Of a stretch of DNA of 64,000 nt, positions 17,942 through 23,863 are shown in pieces. Below the pieces are notes generated by a model. That model was given only the letters and a program-made list of their open reading frames with translations, ran no database searches and was not told the origin of the DNA. The first letter of the stretch is position 1. Each line of letters begins with the position of its first letter. Made by a program: the position numbers and the translations under genes. The DNA comes from an uncultured Candidatus Saccharibacteria bacterium (GTDB lineage: Bacteria > Patescibacteriota > Dojkabacteria > SC72), in assembly GCA_964655705.1 (NCBI GenBank), contig CAZZPP010000001.1:90534-154533 (forward strand), read 5' to 3'.

Positions 17942-18448
17942 ATGATAAATAAGATTGAAAATAGACAGGATTTAGAAGAACTCTTTAGATGGTTAAACGA
18001 ACCACTTTACAAATATATATATGTAAGATGTGGATATAACAGGGAGTTAGCTCAAGATATTACACAAGATGTATTTCTAAAGGTATGGGACAAGAGAGAG
18101 ACCTTTAATCCTAAGAAGTCTACACTTAAAAACTGGGTATACATTATTGCTAGAAACCATATTGTAGACCTTTACAGAAAGAAGAAGATTAACTTAAAGA
18201 CTTTAGATGAAGATATACAAGGAAGTGTTAAAGATCATAGTTTAGATACTGAGAATGAACTAATGATGTGCCAGGTGTTAAAGAATTTGAATAGGCTTAA
18301 GGAAGGGGACAAGGAGGTAATAGTACTTAGATATATTGAGGATTTAGAGATAGCTGAGGTAGCACAGATAATTGGAAAGAGTGAGAATACAACTAAAGTT
18401 ATGATACATAGAGCAGTAAAGAGATTAAAATTTTTAGTAAATAAATAA
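17942..18448 (+). CDS. RNA polymerase sigma-70 factor, ECF subfamily
   Basis: Region 2 (ITQDVFLKVWDKRETF...YIIARNHIVDLYRKK) and region 4 HTH (LRYIEDLEIAEVAQIIGKSENTTKVMIHRAVKRLK). Confidence 0.85.
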   Translation: MINKIENRQDLEELFRWLNEPLYKYIYVRCGYNRELAQDITQDVFLKVWDKRETFNPKKSTLKNWVYIIARNHIVDLYRKKKINLKTLDEDIQGSVKDHSLDTENELMMCQVLKNLNRLKEGDKEVIVLRYIEDLEIAEVAQIIGKSENTTKVMIHRAVKRLKFLVNK

Positions 18449-19320
18449 TGGATGAGAGTGAGATTTTAAAAAAATTAAGTGAATTTAAATCTAAGCCAAG
18501 TAAAAGATGGCAGGAAGAAACCTTGGAGAAGTTAAATACCACTGTAACTAATTCCTTAGATATTCGTAATAGTAATATGAACTTAAATAATTTAAATAAT
18601 TCTTTAAACATGAATAAGAAGTTCAGACCAATTGTTGCTTTAGCAACTTTAATTTTAACATTTGCTGTTTTAGGAGGAGTAGCATATGCTTCTGATTCTG
18701 CAATGCCAGGAGAGCCACTCTTTGGAGTAGATAAGGCGATGGAACAGATAAGAAGGACATTGACCTTAAATCCACTAGACAGGGCAGAGTACGAGATGAA
18801 AGTTATGGATGAGAGGATGGAAGAGTTAAAACAGATGAGCTATGAGCAGAATGCTATGGGTATCTCTAATGGTATCGAGGAGGTTGAGGCTCAACAGTTA
18901 AGATTACAGAATATGTTTGCGAATATGTCTCAATTAAGGTCAGAGGGTGATACACAGGAGGCTGAAAGACAGTTACAGGTAATGAACAAAATTGCTGAGA
19001 AACTTGCTGCACAAAGTGGTGTATTAGATCAAACTAGAGAGAAATTAATGGAGAACAAGGATGAGAGTAACTCTTCTGAGTTAGACCAACTTCAGTATCA
19101 GTATATGGAACAGGTACAAAACCAGATAGGGGAATTTGAGAATGAGACTGGGTTAAAGGTAAATACCAATACTCAAACTATTGAGCAGAATCAAGGAGAG
19201 GATTCACAGATTCAAAATGATATTCAGAATCAAGTAAATACTGGTGATGGAGATAGTAACTCGCAGGGAGTTCAGGGTGTAAGTAATAGTAATGGTTCTA
19301 ATGGTAATGGGGGTAGGTAA
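18448..19320 (+). CDS. putative anti-sigma factor (single-pass, DUF5667-like ectodomain, Gln/Asn-rich tail)
   Basis: Start overlaps the sigma stop (TAATG). ~60-aa cytoplasmic N-terminus, one TM helix (IVALATLILTFAVLGGVAYA), then an extracytoplasmic coiled-coil region. Confidence 0.55.
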   Translation: MDESEILKKLSEFKSKPSKRWQEETLEKLNTTVTNSLDIRNSNMNLNNLNNSLNMNKKFRPIVALATLILTFAVLGGVAYASDSAMPGEPLFGVDKAMEQIRRTLTLNPLDRAEYEMKVMDERMEELKQMSYEQNAMGISNGIEEVEAQQLRLQNMFANMSQLRSEGDTQEAERQLQVMNKIAEKLAAQSGVLDQTREKLMENKDESNSSELDQLQYQYMEQVQNQIGEFENETGLKVNTNTQTIEQNQGEDSQIQNDIQNQVNTGDGDSNSQGVQGVSNSNGSNGNGGR

Positions 19321-19343
19321 GAATATTGCAGAATGGTTGTAAA

Positions 19344-19368
19344 AGGGACTCCTATGGGTCCCTTTTTG
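19344..19368 (+). terminator. rho-independent terminator (AGGGAC-TCCTATGG-GTCCCT + TTTTTG)
   Basis: 6-bp GC-containing stem, 8-nt loop and a T-run, 24 nt after the anti-sigma stop. Confidence 0.6.
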
Positions 19369-19425
19369 TTTGTATTCTTTTAGATATTTTGCTACCATAG
19401 AATAATTAAAAAGTCTTTAATTTGT

Positions 19426-19442
19426 TATATATATATATATAT
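19426..19442. repeat. (TA)8 dinucleotide microsatellite ending 4 nt before the ATG of the repeat-protein gene
   Basis: Read directly: tatatatatatatatat. Confidence 0.8.
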
Positions 19443-19445
19443 TAA

Positions 19446-20774
19446 ATGGGCAAAAATAACATATTCTCATTTGTATTAGGTATGGTGATTACAGTAGTAT
19501 TAATGTTACTGCTCTACCCGTTTAAAAGGGATTCCTTAACAGAAGAAACAGGAGATGTTCAAGGTCTCTATGATAGACTACTAAGTTTGGAGTATGTGAA
19601 AGATGTCTCAAATGATGTTGAATTAATATGGAATGAAGTAGTCTCTTCATCAGAGTGGGTTCCCAGTGGTACTGTTACTACAAGTGATGTATTAGAGGGT
19701 AAAACTTTTTACAACAATTCTAGAGATATTCAAACAGGTACATATGTTCCAAAGGAGTTTGAATTTTTAGGTGATGCTTTACAAAATGATGTATTAGAGG
19801 GGAAACTGTTTTACTCTGAGGATGGTGAACTTTTAGCAGGTACTCTTAAACTACCTACTATACCCACATTAACATACAGCGGGAATGCAAGTACTAGTGA
19901 TGTACTAGCAGGTAAGACATTTTACTCTAATTCAGGGACATTAAAAACAGGAACATATACTCCCCCAGTAGTATCATATTTAGGTGATGCACTAGTAACA
20001 GATGTAATGAGTGGTAAGAAGTTCTATTCTAACTCAGGAACACTACTAACAGGGACATGGTCATTTCTAGGAGATGCAGGAGTAGATGAGGTATTAAGTG
20101 GTAAGAAGTTTTACTCTGACTCAGGTACTCTATTAACAGGTACATATACACCTCCAACACCAATAGATTTTACAAATATGCAATACAGTACATATGATGA
20201 TTATGCAGGTATTGACTATCTAGGATATGGAGGAACATTAACAGAGGATTACAAGGGAGAAGAATCAGAGTGGACAAAGATATCAGACAATATATGGAAG
20301 GATGAAAGAGCTGGGATATATTGGAGTAGTGATCAAACTAATACTATGTTAGCACAAGTTCCTTCAATACCTAATACAAACATATTTACCGCAATGTCTC
20401 TCGGCACTTGTGATTACTTTAACTCAGTACCCAGAAGTTCATATGATGGTACAGATGCTGATTGTGGTAATGCAATAAACTGGTGTGCGACATTAGAATT
20501 AGATGGTAGAAGTAATTGGTACTTACCTTCACAAAAAGAATTGATGTTAGCATACATAGATGGAATGTATAACCAAGCAGGAGAGACATTAGCAGATGCA
20601 GCATCATTTACAGTAGGAGATGGTAGTTCAATACACTATGGGTTTTATTGGTCTAGCTCGGAGGTCTCCGGCAATTCAGCGGACGCATGGGTCGTGAACC
20701 TCGGCGGTGGGTATCCCAACGTCAACTCTAAGACGACTACGGGCCGCGGTGTTCGTTGTGTGTCCCGGGACTAG
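19446..20774 (+). CDS. membrane-anchored surface protein with five ~30–40-aa tandem repeats and a DUF1566-like C-terminal domain
   Basis: N-terminal TM helix; repeats with consensus DVLxGKxFYSNSGTLLTGTYTPP; C-terminus ...YWSSS...AWVVNLGGGY...GRGVRCVSRD resembles the DUF1566 (Lcl C-terminal) ending. Confidence 0.6.
   Translation: MGKNNIFSFVLGMVITVVLMLLLYPFKRDSLTEETGDVQGLYDRLLSLEYVKDVSNDVELIWNEVVSSSEWVPSGTVTTSDVLEGKTFYNNSRDIQTGTYVPKEFEFLGDALQNDVLEGKLFYSEDGELLAGTLKLPTIPTLTYSGNASTSDVLAGKTFYSNSGTLKTGTYTPPVVSYLGDALVTDVMSGKKFYSNSGTLLTGTWSFLGDAGVDEVLSGKKFYSDSGTLLTGTYTPPTPIDFTNMQYSTYDDYAGIDYLGYGGTLTEDYKGEESEWTKISDNIWKDERAGIYWSSDQTNTMLAQVPSIPNTNIFTAMSLGTCDYFNSVPRSSYDGTDADCGNAINWCATLELDGRSNWYLPSQKELMLAYIDGMYNQAGETLADAASFTVGDGSSIHYGFYWSSSEVSGNSADAWVVNLGGGYPNVNSKTTTGRGVRCVSRD
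20650..20772 (+). other. GC-rich, NNC-codon-rich 3' segment of the gene above: candidate DGR variable region (VR)
   Basis: Abrupt switch from AT-rich codons (AGA, GGA, AAA) to CGC, CGG, GGC, GCG, GTC, CTC, CCC. Many codons end in C (gtc tcc ggc gac gtc aac ctc ggc ccc aac gtc aac ggc cgc tcc gac). Composition returns to AT-rich right after the stop. Confidence 0.4.
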
Positions 20775-20810
20775 TGTTTAGAATTTGGTAATTTAGTAAT
20801 TTTTTAATTT

Positions 20811-20833
20811 ACCCATCCACAAAGTGGATGGGT
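20811..20833 (+). other. GC-rich hairpin ACCCATCCA-CAAAG-TGGATGGGT, 37 nt downstream of the stop
   Basis: Perfect 9-bp stem read from the sequence with no following T-run, so not a canonical terminator. The position matches the hairpin/cruciform found 3' of DGR VR/IMH elements. Confidence 0.5.
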
Positions 20834-21030
20834 TGCATTAGAAGTATATTGAATTATAGGGGAATAATATTAATATCTCTGTCCCACCTTATAGTCTTTC
20901 TCTCTGTATTACTTTTTTACTTTGTATTCACAATATAGTATGTATTACTAAGTATATATATTTTAGTCATAATCATTATTTTCTGTACATATAACATACA
21001 TATGTCTTAGCATATACATGCATACTTAAA

Positions 21031-21420
21031 TTGTCATCCATATTTAATATGACAAACAAGAAGATGTTTGCATTTGTAGCAATATTTGTTTCAGTATTAG
21101 GATTTGCATTTGTAGGGGCACTTAAACCTGTAATTATTGACTATTCCATTAGGCAGTACACTACACAATCATTCTTTAATGTTAAGGATGAGGAGATACA
21201 GTTAAAAACATTACATTACAATTCAGTTGATCAATCTAGTAAAATGATTAATATGCTAAGTGATGTATTAGGGATAGGGAAGGAGGAGATAGGTATGTCT
21301 TTAAAAGGTGGTATTAAACCAAGTGAGATATTACTTAGTAATGGGATTCTTCTTTCTGATCTAGCCCAGGAGTACTCCTTTGACATTGTAGGTAATGGAT
21401 TAGTTAGATTTAGAGCGTAA
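21031..21420 (+). CDS. small hypothetical membrane/secreted protein
   Basis: 129 aa with an N-terminal hydrophobic segment (FAFVAIFVSVLGFAFVGAL). No motif recognised. Confidence 0.4.
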   Translation: MSSIFNMTNKKMFAFVAIFVSVLGFAFVGALKPVIIDYSIRQYTTQSFFNVKDEEIQLKTLHYNSVDQSSKMINMLSDVLGIGKEEIGMSLKGGIKPSEILLSNGILLSDLAQEYSFDIVGNGLVRFRA

Positions 21421-21491
21421 TACTTGATATTTTGACTAAAATATAGTATATTATAACTAGATACAACGCCTTGCGTTTTACAACGAATTAT

Positions 21492-21516
21492 AACCGGCCA
21501 TCAAGCCGGTTTTTTG
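21492..21516 (+). terminator. rho-independent terminator (AACCGGC-CATCAA-GCCGGTT + TTTTTG)
   Basis: 7-bp GC stem plus T-run. It is preceded by a smaller hairpin AACGC-CTT-GCGTT followed by TTTAC. Confidence 0.65.
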
Positions 21517-21542
21517 TTCTTTAAAATTTACTGCCTACTAAC

Positions 21543-21571
21543 CTTAGTACTAGTGGATCGCTAGTACTAAG
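21543..21571. repeat. 29-bp palindrome CTTAGTACTAG-TGGATCG-CTAGTACTAAG
   Basis: Perfect 11-bp inverted arms read directly; followed by a GTACTAA direct repeat. Confidence 0.8.
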
Positions 21572-21635
21572 TACTAAAGAAGAGACGTTTTCTTTAGTCA
21601 AAACTGTTGGACAGTGTAAGGTGACTTCACTGCAT

Positions 21636-21659
21636 GGAGTTATGTGTACACATAACTCC
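21636..21659. repeat. 24-bp perfect palindrome GGAGTTATGTGT|ACACATAACTCC
   Basis: Read directly. Nested inside a possible longer-range helix AACTGTTGG (21602..21610) / CCGACAGTT (21666..21674) that also contains a CAGTG/CACTG hairpin (21612..21632). Confidence 0.8.
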
Positions 21660-21730
21660 ATACTCCGACAGTTGCAATAAATATTCATTTCTGAAAAAAT
21701 AGGGGGTATTTAAATTAACTTTCAATATTA

Positions 21731-21934
21731 ATGAAAGTATCAATAGACCATTCTAAATGCGTTGCTTGTGGTTCATGTGTTGCAGTATGTCCAGAGGTAT
21801 TTGAAATGAAAGATGATGGGACAGTAGATGTTAAGCAGGAATTTAAGGGTAAAGATATCTCAAGGGAGTTAGAGAGTAAAGTGAAAGAGGCACATGATAT
21901 GTGTCCTTCTTTTGCAATTGTAATTGAGGAGTAA
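21731..21934 (+). CDS. ferredoxin, single [4Fe-4S] cluster type
   Basis: 67 aa with CVACGSCVAVCPEVFE ... CPSFAI, the cysteine pattern of Thermotoga/Pyrococcus-type small ferredoxins. Confidence 0.8.
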   Translation: MKVSIDHSKCVACGSCVAVCPEVFEMKDDGTVDVKQEFKGKDISRELESKVKEAHDMCPSFAIVIEE

Positions 21935-21939
21935 ATATC

Positions 21940-22521
21940 ATGGATGAAAAGATATTATGTATAAAGGGGGAGATCCTTTTTAAGGATGAAAAATGGAATG
22001 GGTTAATGACCTCTGATAAAGAGAAATATCTTTCTTTACTAAAAGAAGAGGGTGAATTTAGAGTAAGAAAGGATTTAGAATCGGACCCTGAATACAAGCA
22101 AGTTATCGCTCAAGTAATTCTTAGATACAAAGATAAATATTTTCTACATAGACAGGTTAAAAAGAATGAAGATAGATTAAACTCTCTTTGTCCTTTACCA
22201 TTAGGTGGGCATATTGAAGAGATTGATTTAGGCAAAGACAATAATATTTTAGAAACAGCGCTGGAAAGAGAGTTGCATGAAGAGGTGGTACTTGGAAGTA
22301 AAATACTTAAAAGAACATATCTAGGGTTAATATATATTGAAGATGAAAATCCTGTTAATTCTGTTCATGTGGGTTTTGTATACGTATTTGATTTAGATGG
22401 AGTGGATGTACATGTGAATGAGCAAGGGTTAGAGGATATTGGGTTTGTAAGTTTAGATTACTTAAAAACTAATACGGAGAAGTTAACGTATTGGAGTAGA
22501 ATAATAATTTATCATTTATAG
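21940..22521 (+). CDS. Nudix hydrolase
   Basis: Nudix box LGGHIEE...LETALERELHEEVV (GX5EX7REUXEEXGU). Confidence 0.7.
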   Translation: MDEKILCIKGEILFKDEKWNGLMTSDKEKYLSLLKEEGEFRVRKDLESDPEYKQVIAQVILRYKDKYFLHRQVKKNEDRLNSLCPLPLGGHIEEIDLGKDNNILETALERELHEEVVLGSKILKRTYLGLIYIEDENPVNSVHVGFVYVFDLDGVDVHVNEQGLEDIGFVSLDYLKTNTEKLTYWSRIIIYHL

Positions 22522-22525
22522 AGAT

Positions 22526-22939
22526 ATGGATGATTGTATATTTTGTAAGATTGTAAAAGGAGATATTCCCTTTTACAAGATATATGAGGATGATGCTGTA
22601 CTAGCTTTTCTAGATATTAATCCTTTGAGTAAAGGACATAGTATAGTTATTCCGAAAGAGCATTATGAAAATATATTAGATATACCAGAAGATTTGTATT
22701 TGAAGATGGGTAAGGTTGCAAAAAAAGTGTCTCAGGTACTAAATGATAAATATCATCCAGAGGGAATTCTAATCAATCAGAATAACGGAAAGAGAGCAGG
22801 CCAGGAGATATTTCATATACATATACATATTAAACCAATATACGAGGATACTACAGTATTTGATGAGACTAATCATAGGAGGAAACCTTCAAAGGAAGAG
22901 ATGGAACTATTAAGAGAAGATCTTGCTAAGGAGTTTTAA
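22526..22939 (+). CDS. HIT-family (histidine triad) nucleotide hydrolase
   Basis: HIHIHI histidine triad and the N-terminal DCIFCKI motif. Confidence 0.85.
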   Translation: MDDCIFCKIVKGDIPFYKIYEDDAVLAFLDINPLSKGHSIVIPKEHYENILDIPEDLYLKMGKVAKKVSQVLNDKYHPEGILINQNNGKRAGQEIFHIHIHIKPIYEDTTVFDETNHRRKPSKEEMELLREDLAKEF

Positions 22940-23779
22940 TTAGTTATTAAAGAATTCTAATATATCTTCCATATACTCTGTATCAATATCAAAATGGCCT
23001 TTGCCATCTAAGGTAACAAAGTCTATGTATACACCATACCCTTCTAACTTTTTAACAAAAGATACAGAGTAGGAGTAAGGAACATTTACATCCTTATTCC
23101 CATGCCAAAGTTTAATATTCATACTCTTTAATTTACTGGCTCTCTGCTGATTCCACTCTGCAGATTTAGTAGTAGGAGCAAGTAATGCAATCTTGTCTAT
23201 ATTCTCAGGATAAGTGGTAGCAAAGTTTAAGGTAGGTAATCCTCCCATACTATATCCAATTAGATATATCTTAGGTTGTATTTTGTATCTCTCTTCTATC
23301 CATTTTTGAAGATTAAGGGTATCTTGTATGGAAGCAGTATTCCCCCAGTTAACACCGTGTTGATTAGAGGCAGAGAATATGTAGTTGTTTAGAGTTAGAG
23401 ATATCCCATATTCCTGTAAATCTTTCATAAATTGCTCTTCCATATTCTGGGTAACAGTTGTATTAGAGCCATGACTATATATTACTAATGTCGGGGGGTT
23501 CTTCTCATTCATGTTTGTTGGTACTACAATATATGCTTGTTGCTCCTCTATTAATGGTAATAACTCTTCAAAGTGAGGACCCTGAGGAAGTATCTCTTCC
23601 TCTTGGATATCTTCATTCTCGCTTTCTTGTATTACTTCTTCTTTTGGAAAATCTTCATCCTGGTGTTTTTTGAAAGGGTTAAAAAATACAATGTAGGTAC
23701 ATATCCCTATGGCTAGTAATATCAAAGGGAGTATGATATTTAACTTCTTTTTTTTCCTTCTTCTTACAGATATATCCAT
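22940..23779 (-). CDS. membrane-anchored alpha/beta-hydrolase (esterase/lipase fold)
   Basis: N-terminal Lys-rich segment plus TM helix; GXSXG nucleophile elbow LIGYSMGG; downstream His/Asp-containing segments. Confidence 0.7.
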   Translation of the reverse strand: MDISVRRRKKKKLNIILPLILLAIGICTYIVFFNPFKKHQDEDFPKEEVIQESENEDIQEEEILPQGPHFEELLPLIEEQQAYIVVPTNMNEKNPPTLVIYSHGSNTTVTQNMEEQFMKDLQEYGISLTLNNYIFSASNQHGVNWGNTASIQDTLNLQKWIEERYKIQPKIYLIGYSMGGLPTLNFATTYPENIDKIALLAPTTKSAEWNQQRASKLKSMNIKLWHGNKDVNVPYSYSVSFVKKLEGYGVYIDFVTLDGKGHFDIDTEYMEDILEFFNN

Positions 23780-23863
23780 ACCTTGATTCTATCATTTCAT
23801 TGAGTTTAGTAAAAACAGTATTCATATTTTAGTATATTCTCTTTTCTGCTATTATGTTTCAAG

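Noticed and set aside
19560-20220. Tandem ~100-nt DNA repeats inside the surface-protein gene considered as a CRISPR-like or recombination-prone direct-repeat array
   Set aside because: The repeats are protein-level (~30–40 aa, DVLxGKxFYSNSGTLLTGTY) and diverge substantially at the DNA level. Spacing is irregular and there are no conserved short direct repeats with unique spacers, so this is not a CRISPR array.
20834-21030. AT-rich 200-bp spacer with repeated CATAC/TACATAT motifs, considered as a possible replication or iteron element
   Set aside because: The motifs are short, imperfect and typical of AT-rich promoter regions. There is no regular spacing or dyad symmetry comparable to the palindromes further downstream.
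21031-21420. Small ORF considered as a DGR accessory variability determinant (Avd), because of its ~129-aa size and position just downstream of the candidate VR
   Set aside because: It has an N-terminal hydrophobic, TM-like segment and lacks the strongly basic helical-bundle character of Avd. No RT or TR follows it.
21421-21730. Palindrome-rich spacer considered as the missing DGR template repeat (it contains several AAC triplets and GC-rich stems)
   Set aside because: Aligning it by eye to 20650..20772 gave no extended similarity. A TR must be nearly identical to the VR except at adenines.
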